A DNA stretch of 64,000 bases from Camelus ferus (GCF_009834535.1 NC_045697.1:62994001-63058000), one strand, 5' to 3'. Numbered from the stretch's first letter, positions 1 through 14,214 are shown. Notes: a model not told the origin generated them from the letters alone. A program made the numbers and translations.

Positions 1-79
1 GGAGTACTGTCTTTTGATTTCTTGAGTCATGTTTCTGGTTGCTTTGTTTTACAAGTAGATCATGTGCTTAATAAAAGAT
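1..79 (+). pseudogene. Dynein pseudo-exon (tail), 5'-truncated by window edge
   Basis: Open frame GVLSFDFLSHVSGCFVLQVDHVLNKR, donor gtgagt at 80; resembles recalled WDFQSHLVFCRFDKFLDR. Confidence 0.65.
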
Positions 80-214
80 GTGAGTAATGAAATATACTTT
101 AGAATGTGAAAGGCATTTTGATTTTGTAAGAACTTTATGCTTCTTGTGGCATCTTGCGGCATCTATTTCAGAAATCCAATAATATTTATGATAGCAGATG
201 ATAGTCAATACTGA

Positions 215-425
215 TAGCACTTTTAGTACTTACCAGCCACTGGTATGTATGTTACACATATTAACTCATTTAGTCCTTACAATAACCAGACAGATTGATG
301 ATAATTTGCTTGTTTTACAGATGAGGACACTGAGGTCAGGTAAATAGGCCAACTTCACATAGAATGTAGAAGAGCAGGGGCCAATTCATGCGGTAGGGCC
401 CGGAATCCATGCTCTTAACTTCTTC
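215..425 (-). mobile_element. MIR SINE
   Basis: attaactcatttagtccttacaataacc...ttttacagatgaggacactgagg is the reverse MIR core. Confidence 0.85.
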
Positions 426-560
426 ACTGTTCAGACATGGAGCCTAACTGTAGTTTTCTTCGTAAACATTTTCATATTTTGTCTTGTAAATGCAAGCCAT
501 TTGTGGCCCTTTCAAAAGTAATGGTGAAATTGTTTACTACTTTTTCTTTGGTAATTAAAG

Positions 561-627
561 AATGCAGTTGACTCCAATGTATGTTTGAGGTAGTGCTATT
601 AACCCAGCATCGGCTGGGAAATGACAA
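561..627 (+). pseudogene. Candidate dynein pseudo-exon (tail)
   Basis: aag acceptor, gtaaat donor; *LQCMFEVVLLTQHRLGND; position fits the tail. Confidence 0.4.
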
Positions 628-1805
628 GTAAATGTCTGCTGTACCTTCTATTCAGGCCCAGCAATGAGTGATTCTTAAACATGTGCTCATCTTTGGGAGA
701 GAGAAGGAACTAACTGAATTAGAAATGAACTAATGAATAATTTTGTATTCTATATGACAGTCTTGGAAAAATGTTCATAGTAAACTAAACCATGAAACTT
801 TAGATAATTTTTTCAAAATCATAAACAAAAATTTTATTACAAATCTATTGATCTTGAAATTATTTTGAACTTTGTTTAAAACACTTAGTGATGTAGAAAA
901 AAAGAAACATTCAATGAAGGGGAAAATATTTTTCATATTTGATTTGTCTGTGTTATTAAAATGAATTACTGTGTTTTTCAGTGTAATATCAGAAACTTTA
1001 TAGATAGGACAACACTGTATGAAAGTCTGAAGTCATCAGTGTTTAAGCTGACTTTCTGAGCTGTGTTCCAATTTTTCAAAGGACTAAAAATCAATATTAA
1101 TTTTTATTTTAAATTTATTTTTCTGTCCTTTTTGAATAGGTAGCCCATAGTAATGTTACTTTCAGGTGTGGAAAAATGTGAAGTTTCACACATTTCTAGT
1201 AAATTATTGCTTATTGGTGGGGACACATGTTTTCAGTCCTGCCTATTGCCACTTTAAATGAAAGAGATTCATGATCCATGACCAATTATGTATATGTAGA
1301 AATTCACCTTTTTTTAAAAAAAGATTACTGTCTTGTGAAGTGTTCTGAATGTAAAAACATTTATTTGTACTTGTAACTTACTCATCTTCTTCATCCTGTC
1401 AATGTTCTAAATGTAATCAGCAGTGTGTTGTTAAAACCAATTCTGACCATCATGATCTTTTCATGTATAGGACACTGTATTAAAAAGAAAGGGCAATCTC
1501 TTAAAAAGTAAGCCAGGTTTACTCGAGCTAAGTATCTTTATAGAAAACACATGTGATGTAGTGTGTAGGTTTAGTATTTATGTATAGATGGCTTTAATAA
1601 CTTGTCTATTTAAGGATCTAAATAGTTTTTAGTTCAGTAAACATATACATAGCCAATATTTCTTATCATTTTGGTATTATTTTATTGTTTTATGGTTAGA
1701 GTTTATTTAAAATATCATCATTAAAGTCTTATTGAATGGATAAGCATTCATTTTTTCCCCCTCCTCACAAAAGTAAAGCATTTGATTTAATAAAATGTTC
1801 CACAG

Positions 1806-2039
1806 CCATGCTCTGGGTTGACAAAGACTTGCTCGGTTGATTAGCATGAATGAGAATATGAAAGATTTAAAGCAAAGCTGTCAAAGCAATTAGAACTAAA
1901 GTCCTCCTATCGCTGAATAATGGAAACCGTGCCTGGAACACTTTCAAATGTATCTAAGGAAATTGTACTTATGCAAAACGAAATGATAGTGAATAAAAGA
2001 AACGGAATAATGAAAGCCAACAGAGGCAAAATTGTCCAG
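1806..2039 (+). pseudogene. Dynein pseudo-exon (tail)
   Basis: ttccacag acceptor, cag|gtagca donor; EYERFKAKLSKQLELKSSYR*IMETVPG...GKIVQ; resembles recalled DYADFEIKIQDLDRRL. Confidence 0.55.
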
Positions 2040-2784
2040 GTAGCATTTTAATATATTCTCACTACTATATTTTAGAATTATTTAAAAAACATGATACAGG
2101 GTTTCTACAAAAAGGTATATTTATAATGTTCAATTTAGGAACTGTTTATTTAGATGCAAGATGTTTAATATCTAATTGTTTGAAAATATTTAATTTTAAA
2201 GTGATTCTATAGGGTTTATAAAATCTACCATTGGGATATTTTCCCATAATTTAAAATTTAAACCAATCATTTAAAATGGGATACAAATATTGAAGCTACA
2301 AAACAAATTAATAAGCATTTAATATTTAGTATATTCTCTTAATGCTTTTAAATCTTAAAAATTTAGAATGCATTAACAGAGTTTCAGAATATTTTGTGTG
2401 ATTAAGAAGACTCATGGTGCAAAGAATGTAAGTGGAGAGAATACTTAGATAATCATTTTATATTTTTATGAAAACAATTGATTCTAGGAGATAATTACAT
2501 AAATTGATTTTTTCCATTTGTTCAGTTATTCAATATTAAGCAGTTATTCTATTTTTACAATGTATAAGGCATTGTGAAAAATACCAACAGGAACTACACA
2601 GGTATCTGACATTGATAGGCTTGTGTTCTAAGGAAGTAGTTATGACAAATACACCATATACCCTACTGCATTAAATAAATTGTAAATGCCGTTGGAATGT
2701 AAATAAAAAGCTATATGGTTTTGAAGGAGAGATTATCTTCATCTACATATTGTATTTGAATTTGATTATAGGGTATCTGTATGT

Positions 2785-3280
2785 ATGTCAGTTTAAAATG
2801 TTTTTTCCTACAAGTAAGTAATCAAAGTATCTTAACACAAGGAATTGATTGGTTCATATAACTAGAAGAGTTCACATGGAGAGCAGTGAACAGATACAGT
2901 TCAATCAGAGGTTCTGCTCTATTTCTCTCTGACATTATCAGCTCTGCTCTTTTCCTTGACTGGTAGGAGAGTGGCAGGGGTGAATTCTGAGAACTGTACA
3001 TAACAATCTCTAGAAGAATAAATCCTGCCCCAGTATTTCAAGGAAGCATTCTAACATTTGCCTTGATTGGAGTGCCCAGGATACATGATCACTCTTAACC
3101 TACAGCCTGGATGGAGAAATGTGCATATTACCTAAGTGAACCATTCTCAACCTTGGAGGTAGAAATGGGGCTTGATTTTCCTTGAGTATTCATCTGCATG
3201 AGGAGAGTTCTGGGGATACTGCACTGAAAGTCCATGTACTGTTGGAGAATGGATCATGAATAGGCAGCCTGCAGTATCTA
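2785..3280. mobile_element. Old MaLR (MLT1-like) LTR remnant
   Basis: gattggttcatataact...gattgg...catgatcactcttaacc pattern; very diverged. Confidence 0.45.
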
Positions 3281-3644
3281 CTGGAGTACGATATAGACAT
3301 TCAAACATCAGGAAGGACATTCAGGCAGAGTAGTTTATGTGAACATATGAAGGACAGAAAATATATGTGTGTAGAAAGCACTATTTCAGTTCAGCTGGGT
3401 AGAGTATGTCTGAAGGAAATAACAGCAAAAGGGTAAATTGGAATCATATGGTAGAATACCTTGAAAGCTGGGCAGTGAGATTTGGAATTTATTCTGTAGA
3501 TCATGGGAAGTACTCAGCATTTTGAGCAGTAGATCAACAAGCTCAGACTTGCTATTAGGATTTAAATTTGTGAGTGCCAGGTTTTTGTTTTTGTTTGAAA
3601 AGGTATTGCGAGTGAATCCTGGTTTTGCCTTTAGCACCTGGTTA

Positions 3645-4049
3645 CTTTTTTTTTTTTTTTTTTGAGTAAAGGTAGATTTATTTAGAGAGATACATACTGC
3701 ATAGAGTGTAAGGCAGGAGAAAGGCAAGGAAAGAGGTGTGGAAATTGGGTGCTCAGGTTAAAATAAAAGTAGGTACATACTCCATATCAGAGTACGGGTC
3801 ATCTCCAAAGGGGAGGGAATGAAAATGGCCGCTAGGCATGGTGTTGCCAGTTTTTATAGGCTCAGTAGCTTCACAGGCCTACAGGTGGGACCATTCTAGG
3901 TACCCTGGGGAAGGGGCTGGGATTCCTAGGAATTGGGCCACCGCCCATTCTTTGGCCTTTTGCGGTTAGCATTGGGACTGTCATGGCACCTGTGGCCATG
4001 TTGTTTATCATGCTGTTACAGTGAGCATATAATGAAGCTCAAGGTCTTC
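3645..4049 (-). mobile_element. ERV LTR (U3-R) segment retroposed with poly(A) tail and 13-bp TSD
   Basis: Poly-T 3646-3663; minus-strand AATAAA about 14 nt from the tail; minus-strand TATAAAA near 3852-3858; flanks tagcacctggtta (3632-3644) and tagctcctggtta (4050-4062). Confidence 0.75.
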
Positions 4050-4064
4050 TAGCTCCTGGTTAAA

Positions 4065-5540
4065 TGTTGATGTCGTATTCTGACATAGGGAAGGAGATAT
4101 GAGGCAGTTTGAATGTCTAGTGTAGGTATCTTGGAAGATGGTGGTTTCTTTACTAGAAAGAGAAAACACAGTTGGGAAAAATTTGAAGGGGAAATTGATG
4201 AGGAGTCAATATTTGGATACACTGAATTAGCTACTTATGGAACTATTGAATGACAAACTCCTTAGAGTTCAATTTTTCTAACTTTATTTTACAAGTGAAT
4301 AATACTCACAGAGTATAGTGACTTACTCATTGCTTTATATTTTGGAGCTAGTTTTTACATCCACTTCTCTTAACTGTAAGCTCAATATTCTGTCCATTTT
4401 AACATAGCTGCCTCCATGTTTGATACACAGATTGGTATGTTTTGCCAGCATAATAAACAATGCTTAACATTTATTGAGAACCACTTTATTTTAGGCATTG
4501 TGCCAAGTCATTTTTACTCTTATGAATAATATTTACTCGATAAGTGTAATAATTAAAATCTTAGTATCTAATGTTACTGAATACTTACAACATAATCTTT
4601 CACTGTGTCAAGCAATTTGCATGTATTATATACTGTACTTTTAATAACCGTTCTATGGTAGGTAGTATTATTCTCATTTTACAGATTGGAAAGTTTCAGG
4701 GTTATGTAACATGCATAAGATCACACAGCCTGAAGGGACAGAGCAAGATTTGAATCCATAAAATTGTTGCACTCAAACCAGTGCACGTGTGCACTTTCAA
4801 AGTAAATCCTTAAAATCGTTTAGTTTGATAGAGGAAAGAGGGTAGACTGAAAAGAGTTGTACTTGGAAGTTAGAAATGTGAGACTAAAATTTATCTAGAA
4901 GTCACATCTAACAGATATCACAGTAATACACATTAAGATGGGAATTGAAGCTATGGGTTTGGGTTGTATTTACAAGGGAGAGGCTAAAGGAAGAAGAAAA
5001 GAGAATAAAGAGCTAGAATTTGGGGTGAAACAATAATACTGAGCAACTGAAAAAACAGGAGCATCAGGAGAGTTCAGTGACAGAAAAATGCAATGGAGAT
5101 GACATTTTCAAACCAAAGAAGTTGTGCAAAATCTTCAATGCTACAAGAAGAGCCTATTAAGGTTGATGGCTAGGGGGTCATTGGAGGCCTTTTGGGACAC
5201 TAGTTTTAATCAAGTGGCAGTTACAGAAAGCACTGGAAATAGGGTTAATGAACTAGTGCAATGGCTATTTATAGGTGGAGAGAGATTCCATTGGAAAGGG
5301 AAATCTTGAAGAATCACAAGGGAGGTCAAATAGGTAATGAAGCTTGATGATGCTCTGGGAAGAACTAGAACGGAAAGCACTAGTGGAAAAATAGTTCTAC
5401 AAAGGATGGCAAGAGAGAAAAGAGATTGATGAAGATTCAGGAGAAAAAATTCTGAAGCAAAGTACAGTGAAATTGGTAACAATCTCACTGGTGATCCAGT
5501 ACTCTCAGCCCAGTAATTGACTAAACCATCAGCGTACTTG
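4065..5540 (-). mobile_element. Fragmented L2 LINE with interspersed MIR pieces
   Basis: Purine-rich L2-like blocks (gaggagtcaatatttggatacactgaatt; ggggtcattggaggcc); MIR at about 4580-4760. Confidence 0.55.
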
Positions 5541-6702
5541 GCTGTGTTGGTTTTGCCAAATACCACATGTATCACATTTAATAAATTCCTTAGAAACAAA
5601 GACTTAAAGTTCATATCCTGCTGTGGAGAAAATGAGCTTACCCCCACCCCCCAAAAAAAGCTGCTGGTGAATGCTTAAGTAAAATGTACAACTTGTAATA
5701 TCTTAAGTGGATGTAAAGAGAAAAGTGTATTAACTCTTTAAACTTGTGAAGTCTTCAAGTTCCCTTTCGTCTCTTTGCTTATCCTGTGTTCTTTTCCTTC
5801 TGGCTGAAGATTTTTGCTTGAGTTATTGCAAGTATACAGTAACCACCTTCTCTTTTCACTCTTCCTCCATGCTGCATAAGAGGAGATTTCACAGTCACTT
5901 TATAATAATAGTCAACATTTATTTGGCACTTACTGTGTCCCATGCACTGTTCTAATGGCTTAGACATAATAAATTATTTATCCAAGCAGCTCTGAGTTAG
6001 TTATTATTTTTATCCAAGTGTTCTCAGCAAATGAGAAAATTAAAATACAGAATTGACATACTTGTTGATGGATTAGCTGTTTGCATTCTGCTATAGTTAA
6101 TTCAAATGCAATCAGTATAATGATCACTTTTAAACTGTATGTAAAAATGTGAAATTAAAGAGCTTCTTTTTGTAAAATAGAATTTTTTAGGCAAATAGAG
6201 AAATATTGCATTGCATAGAAAGGGTATCAGTATTAGGTCTACTTTCCTGGTTCAGAAGTTAAAAAAAAAGCTTCATTATCTTGGAAGGTGGAGTGTACTG
6301 AAGTGGGAAAGGCATAAGTTGGTGAAAGTTTTAGGTACCGAAGCTGTGAGCCATGTTCTCTCAGACTGACCCTCTTTTTGACTTGGCAAGCTCATTTTGA
6401 TTGTTACCCTCTCCCTGGAATATCCGTTGACAACCTGCCTTACCTGTTTTCTCCCTGAGTGCAAAGCAGAAGGCCTTTCCCCCATTAACCTGCTTTCCTT
6501 TTTCTGTTTCCAAAATGAAAGATTGATATTTTACATATTTACATGTTTTATGTGCTCTGGCATAAATTCTCATATGTTCCATTAATATTTAATGGTTGGA
6601 ATGGCATAATCCATAAATATATGTATGAACATCTATGTATATATTTCTCCCGTCATTTCTGCATCTGATAATGACATTTTGGACAAATAAGAATCTTTGT
6701 CA

Positions 6703-7500
6703 TTTTTTTTTGAAGTATAGTTGGTTTAAAATGTTATGTTAATTTCTGGTGTTCAGCATAATATTTCAGTTATACATATGTATTCATTTTCATATTTTTA
6801 ATTATAGGTTACAAGGTATTGAATATAATTCCCTATACTGTACACTGTCAACTTGTTGTTTATGTATAGCAGTTAATATTTGGAAATCCTGAACACCTAA
6901 TTTATCCCTTCACCTCCCCCTCCCTTTCTCCCCATAAACATAACAGAAAATGGAAGTTTGTTTTCTATGTCTATGAGTCTGTTTCTGTTCTGTAAATAAA
7001 TTCATTTGTGTCATTTTTTTTTTAGATTCCACATATAAGTGATATCATATGGTATTTTTCTTTCTCTTTCTGGCTTATTTAGCTTAGTATGGCAGTCTCC
7101 AGGTCCATCTGTGTTGCTGCAACTGGTATTACTTTATTCTTTTTTATGGCTGAATAGTATTCCATTGTATGGCTGAATAGTACACCACAGCTTCTTTATT
7201 GAGTCATCTGTCAGTGGACACTTAGGTTGCTTCCATGCCTTGCCTATTGTAAATAGTGCTGCTATGAACATTGGGATGCATGTACCTTTTTGAATTAGAG
7301 TTCCCTCTGGATATATGTCCAGGAGTGGGATTGCCGGAACATAGCTGGATTGGTGGATCGTAGGGTAAGCCTATTTTTAGTTTTTAAGGAATCTCTGTAC
7401 TGTTTTCCATAATGTTGCACCAAACTACATTCCCACCAACAGTGTAGGAGGGTTCTTTTTCTCCTTTATCATTTATCATTTGTGGACTTTTTAATGATAG
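6703..7500 (-). mobile_element. L1 3' end (5'-truncated)
   Basis: ttttgaagtatagttggtt...ttagattccacatataagtgatatcatatggtat...ttcccaccaacagtgtaggagggtt; possible TSD gacaaataag. Confidence 0.92.
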
Positions 7501-7587
7501 ACAAATAAGCATTTAATTAAAATGAGTTCTTAATGCTTGTATTTATCTTTCTGTTTGTAAAAGTTAACAGTACATTGTATATTTCAG

Positions 7588-7696
7588 ATGGAGAAGAACT
7601 TTTACAACGTCTGCTTTATTTAAATAAGAGTGCTAGTACCCTAAACAGTATTCTAGTAGTCTGAAAAAATGTTAAGACATCAAAACCCTAACAGTG
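7588..7696 (+). pseudogene. Dynein pseudo-exon (tail)
   Basis: tatttcag acceptor, gtagga donor; DGEELLQRLLYLNKSASTLNSILVV; resembles recalled GLEHAFKLL...LLERPLV. Confidence 0.55.
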
Positions 7697-8664
7697 GTAG
7701 GAAGTGACTTGAGCAGTGACAAGAAGAGAGTCCACTGAGTCATAAATGAGCTAAATTAATTCAGAAGCAGCACAGTGCTGCAAAGATGTGATTTCTACCT
7801 TTTGATCTGTGACAAAAAACAGTTTCTTTTGTTCTTCTATGGATAGCCTTATGAGATTTTTATCTACTGAATTTACAATATTTAGTATTTGAATATGAAA
7901 GTAAGAAGAACCATGTTCTTAAAACACGGTGGATTAGAGTATGTCATGAACAGTGGCATACTTAGATACGTGTGTCAGTGTTTCAGGTCACTAGAGAACC
8001 ATTTAATTGAATAATCTGAAACAAGTTTATGTCTTCACCCAGGGAGTAAGAAACTGAGGAAATTATTCAAATATGTCACAATTCAAGATTATTTTTATTC
8101 ATGTATTTGGGTTTATTATGTTTTTATATATTTCAAAAGGAAAGAAGCATATGCTTATTTCTTTTCAAATTGTTTGCCATTTAGTTTAGAGGTGGCTGTT
8201 TACTCACATTCAAATAAAATCATCTTTAAATTTATTTGTGCTTTCATTATTAAAAATTTTTGTGACTTTTTAGTTTATGATGCAAAACTTGATTGTGTTG
8301 TTAAAGGCAGGTAAATGTGATAAAGTAGTTCTTAATGTACTAAATAGAGATAATAAAATATTTCTTAATAATTATATTTGGCAGTGAGTGAATAGCTTTT
8401 GTAGAAAGAGAACAACATTTTTAATTGACTCAGAATGTTTACATTTTAGCTTTGTAGGCTTTGTAATTGGTTTACTTTGTGCATCTGTCTGCTAAAATTA
8501 CTCTTTCTATGTTGATAGAAATATGGGGGACATTATATTTTTTACTTTCAGTCAAGGAATTTAATAGTTCCTCCATCAGAGAAATGAAGATAACTTCAAC
8601 TTTTAGTTTATAACCTCTCACTGTCTCTCTATGTTATTACTTCGTACTGATTAAATATTTGCTT

Positions 8665-8850
8665 TCTGCCTAAAACTTTTCTAGATACCTTACATTATTA
8701 CCTAGTTTAATTCACAACAATGAAAAGAAGTATTTCTATAATTGTTCCTATTTTTAAATGAGATATCTGAGATAGAGGAAGTTTAAGTAACTTTACTGAG
8801 TTCACTCAGATAGTAAGGGAGGGAGACCTAGGTTATTATGAATTCTTCAA
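8665..8850 (-). mobile_element. MIR SINE
   Basis: tttaattcacaacaatg...ttttaaatgagatatctgagatagaggaagtttaagtaactt. Confidence 0.7.
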
Positions 8851-9900
8851 CTTTACTTATTCCAAATTTGCCACCCAAAGAAGATTAGGACTATTAAGTT
8901 AATGGCCATTTGAGAATGTCATCATCTCACCTGACTTGCTAGATTTATCAGTAATAAACTGGGAATGAAAATAGGGGGAAATAGTATATTCACAAGTAAT
9001 GCTTCCTTTGTTGGCTTTGACATTTTTGAGAGGAGAGCATTTCTTTTGAAATTTTTGAAAATCTCTAACCATTTCTGCTGAACATCTCCTTTGGCAAAGG
9101 GTTGAGTTTGGATGCACTATATCTCATTTTCAGAGCTGGATACCTGCTGTTGTTGTGGTTTATATTTGTCAGGGGCTGACAAGTCACAATTTGGCCCTTG
9201 TGACTGCTTCCTAAATTACCACCTTCTATCAACCTAATGGTTCTCAAGTTTCAGTGCATTGCAGAAGCTGCATGAAGGAATTCAATACCGCAAATTAAAT
9301 TAGGGCTTATTTCTTTTTAAATCATGAAGGGGAATAATAGCTTCAATTCCCTAAATTCTTAAGGTTAAAAAATTTTTTTTCTTATTTTTGGCTTCTACTC
9401 TTACTTGTTTATGGCAGAATCTATTCTTGTAGTTACATTTATGTTTTGACGTAAAATTTAAATTCAATTATTAAGATGTGATGACAGTTACAAAATATTC
9501 AAGAAATAGTTGTCATTTTTTCTTCAATGGTTGTTGGCCAAGAAAGAATTCGTACTTGTGTTGTTGGGCTCTTGGGGTCTTTTTGATTATCAGGATAATT
9601 CATAGGGATACTGAAGGAGCAGAGATGGTAGATTGAGTTACAAAAGAAAGTGCATATAATTAACTGGGTACTTTTAGAAGATGACTTAAAAGAATAACCC
9701 AGTAAAGTAATCTAAAATATTAAGTTCAGAAACAAAGAGAAGAGGAAAATTAGAGGTAGTGTAGAATTCTTACAGAAGTGGAAAGAGAAGAAATTGTGAA
9801 GCAGCTAATATGTAATACTGCTGTGTAGAAATTCAGATTCTCTCACCCACCCATCTCCTTATACTATTTCTTTGAATTACTCTTTGCTGCCTCTTGACAG

Positions 9901-10281
9901 TTGGTAAAACTTGCATGTTTTTGGATTTTATTTTTTGAGTCTTTTTGACTTGAATCGGTGTTGTATGAATATAATAACATGCAGAGATAGACCATAAGGC
10001 AGAACAATGAGGAACAAGATAGTATATGATGGGCTTTTAACCAAAACGACAAAGCCATATACGTGTTTCACAGTTTGAACATGTTGAAAAGCAGTAGTTA
10101 CATCTTTTTTCCCCCTGGTTTCTAATCCTCAACTCCAAGGCTGAATCCATGATCTGTTGGCGCTGTTTATGAGGATCTAGAATCCTGACCTTAGTATGAT
10201 GCTTATGTTTTGTAGTTGATAGACTCTTTTCTGATACCAACTGTGCCGAATATTAAGTTTCACTAAACACAGCTACCAGTG
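9901..10281 (+). pseudogene. Dynein pseudo-exon (DHC_N1 tail); 3' boundary uncertain
   Basis: Pyrimidine-rich acceptor ctcttgacag; LVKLACFWILFFESF*LESVLYEYNNMQR*...DSI*WAFNQNDKAIYVFHSL; resembles recalled MFNKDLDAVRMIYS...GGLRWAQEL. Confidence 0.65.
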
Positions 10282-13200
10282 GTATACCTACACTTGGAAG
10301 TCAATTTGTTTAAAACATGCCTAAAACTATTCTAAATGCTGTAAGTGTAGGAAAAGAATGTCTCTTGTTCTTAAGAAGGATTTTAATCTAGTTGTTGATT
10401 TGGTTATGGTTATGCCCAAAATGTTTAGTTTGAGGAATGTGATGTGAATTGGAATTCCTGAAACTACGCTAGTGTTACCCTATTATTGATACACTCCTCT
10501 GAGGATGGCTTAGAATTGAATTGTCTTAGAAAGGAGTGAAACTCCTGATGACTCTGTAATCAGACAGACAACAATAAATGAGAACTCTCTTTGACTCACG
10601 GATCATATTATCTGTTGAAGAAGACAGTTACATAAACAGATTATAATTGCATCTTTCTATCACAATGGTATTCAAATGTGATAAATATTAAAATAGGGGA
10701 GGCACAAGAGAATAATCTGAGAGCTGTCTTAACCTTAAAGGGCTGGTCGACCTATGGAGAAAATCTGAATAAGGTTGAAAATGTTGTGGTGAAGGGTGAG
10801 GCAAGATGAGTTCAAGGAATAGAGTTAGAATTGAGATGATAAACTAGAATGAGTGAAACCAGAAGATCAGTGGTTCAATGTTAAAATTTCTAGGGAATGC
10901 CAGGTTAAAGCTGGAGATGCTGACTTCTAGAATTTAAGGATGAAGTTTCAAGATGTGAGTTCATGAATATAACTCATGTTACAAATAATAGGAAAATTAA
11001 AATAGCTACATATAGGAAAAAATAAGTATGTGATCCTAGATCATAAAATGGTATACCATATATTTAGAACCTTGACACAGCAGTTTTTGGGAATAGGACC
11101 CTCAAGGAGGCATTTTCTTGAGATCATTAAAAGTTTATAGCATTTTATTTTATTATAGTGAGAATAAGTCTTAGATTTTAACTCCCTGGCTGCTGTCACT
11201 GTAAGTGAAATGCATTTATAAATTTAAGGAGTACAATTCAATTAAACCTTTCTTTGATGATTTCTAAAATAACTTTGCAATACTAATCAACTACAATTAA
11301 AACAAATCGAAGGCAAAAGTTTCCTAATTGCATTAGTATAGTCAAACTACAGGTATTTTTCTTGCAAATGTTCAAAGAACTCTAAATGTAAGCCATTAAA
11401 ACTTATTTAAAGGATCGTCTTATGCAACTCAATTTAAATAGTATATAATTAACCTATATAGCTAGTTTAATTAATTTACCGGTGTTAAATCAATCTAGGA
11501 TGATGATATTCTTGGACTGAGGCCATATAATTTTTTAAGTAGGATTTTTTGTTATATTTTTAATTCCTGAGACAATTGCTTATTGGAAACATCAATTTAG
11601 TGAAATTCTTAGACTTTAATCACGCATAACCTTATGTTACCTTCTTATATATGTATTTATTATAATGGATAGTCATGTAAATGACTTGACCTTGCATTAT
11701 GAAACCAGGTAAAATAAAATTTGTCAATGTAAGTTTGTAGTTTCCATGTTTCCCTATTAAAAATACCTGCAAATTCAAAGAATTGCAAAGATTATAAATA
11801 TTAAGGCATTAACGAAGTTAAACATTTTAAAGTATCTACGTTTATTCTAAGTGTGTAATTACTTCCCAAATATATTTTTCAGTCACAGCCATTAAAAATG
11901 GGTTCATTTGGGGGATATTATCACAGAGGTAAGAATACACAATGAATATTAAAATTTTACAAGAATATTGTCAATAAGGTTTGTGAATTCTCATTTTATC
12001 AATGACTATCCACACAATAATGAGCAGTCATTTATACACAAAGATAATGAGAAAGATAGTTTGGGATAAGCTGAATTGAAATGAAAAAAATAAGTTATTC
12101 TCGGAAAGAAAAAAGGGTATCATTTGAAAAACTATGGAATTGCTGTAATTTGTCATGTTGCTGAAATCCACACCACAGCAAAAGTTTTAATGTGGAGCAT
12201 GAGAACAGCCTCTTCCATTCTCAGTGTGTACTCATTTCTTCCTTCCTCGTTAGTTAACCTTTATCTGTGTTTCCTTACCTGTTGGTTATTTGTGGATGTG
12301 AATCACTGGGTTACTCTGTGTACTTATCTAGTGTTCCTCTCATGTTTTATTCCTTCTTCTGAACATAAAGCCTTTAATTTTCCAGGCTGAATCTTTTGTG
12401 ACAATCCACCAATGCTGGGCTCCACTCCCCTTTCCTCTTCTCTCTTACCCTCCCTCTTCTCTCTGTCCTTATAATGCTTTTATCTCCCCTTCCCTTCATT
12501 CTGGTTCAGATCCACGATTCCCTTTGGCTCTTATTCATTTATAGATTCCTCTGAAGTTTTCACATTTCCTTACAGTCCCAGCATCTACCTAGTCACCTGC
12601 TCGTTTCACTCTGCTGAAATGTGCCTATTTTCAGTCAAAAGTAGTCAGACCGTCTCCTCTCTGGGAGGCAGGTAGTGTATCTACAGTTTGCCTTATGCTA
12701 GTGTGTCTATCTCAAAAATGAGATGTCTAAAGAAATTATTCTTGAGCCTCCAAACAGATTTCATACCTTCTGTTATACTATGGATAAAGTTTATATTGCT
12801 GTCATCATTGGTGTTTTTCCCCTGTAAACTAACTTACTGATATGTAGCAGTGGTTATGTGAAAAGAACCTTGAAATATTTCTCTGTTTTCTATCCCCAGA
12901 TGTGCCTGACTTAATAGCTAACATTCTTTTACCATCTGTCTGGTGCTAAACTCAACAATTATAAAATATTTTTAAAATATTTAGATTAAGAAATTTCCCA
13001 ATTTCTTTTGAGTGTTTACTCAAACTGGAATCTCAGAAATACTGTTATTAAAAAGTTTCTTCTAAAACCTAACCTAAATGCTCATTGTACCAATCTGCCC
13101 TCATGAAAACAGAATGTTCCTAACTTCAGGTAACCATTTACTGCTGTTAAGCGCACTCTCAGCTTTCTCTTGACTACAATATATTCTTTTCTTAAAAATC

Positions 13201-14214
13201 TTTTTCTTCAGACCCTTATTAATTTGGGTTTCTTTTGGTAATCTGCCAGTATAACTTCCAAATAATAAAGATGTTCCAAGTTAAAAACACTTCAGAAGTT
13301 TTGTTCACTTAGACACAAATTCCACTGTGTAAGTCTCTTGAAGTTGTTATATTATTACAGTCTGTGAGGATTAGTATATTATAAGGAGATTACTAGACTC
13401 CATTACTTAGCAGCACAGTGAGAGAGGGTGCACCACGGGAATACAGAGCAATAAACGCTTGAGTTGTACAAGTAGAAGAGTTCTGGGTAAACAGTGTTAT
13501 GTTCCAGCACCCTCTTTAAAACAGCATCAAACTAATTAACTTTTCCTGAGTATTACTCCATATACACTATTTGCCGTAAGGGATAGAGAATACCGAAAAA
13601 ATATGGGACGTGATTTCCAGCGTCAAGAGTTCTAAACTCATGTTGAAGAAGGGATGTGTTCATGTTGGTGTAAGCCATTTTAGAGAGTTATCAACAGCAT
13701 AGTTTTAATAATAAAGGCAGAAAAACTGAGACTCTGAGAAGTCAAATAGTTGCCAAGGTTATACAGGTGGGAAGTTACAGAGATGAAATTCAAATTTGTC
13801 TGTCTGGGTGAGAAGGTCATGATCCTTCCTTATGTTAAATCAACTTGATACAAGGGAAAAAAAGATGATAACACATGAAAAAACATTGAATCCTAGGTGA
13901 TGATGCATCAGTTCTGAGTATAGTCTCTAGTTGCTCTAGAAGAACTTGGGGAGGGTGAAAGTAACCTAGAAAGAATTCATGGAAGAGATGGGAACTAAGC
14001 TGTAGTTTGAAGAGGAGTAGGATAAATACACACACAAGGAAAGATGAAAATATAAGAAGAGTTGGTGCAAAGGCATATAAATAAAAATAGGCTGTTTGTA
14101 TATTTTAAATGTGGAAGCTAATGGATTTTGTTAGTTTATAATAGGCTCTTTTAGCAATAACTGAGAAATAAGGATAGGAAAGGACATAATTGTCGTAGCT
14201 GCACTGATTGATCA

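Noticed and set aside
982..1507. Small candidate exons 982-1081 and 1471-1507
   Set aside because: Splice-like signals are present, but the frame is ambiguous and no motif is diagnostic; possible but unsupported.
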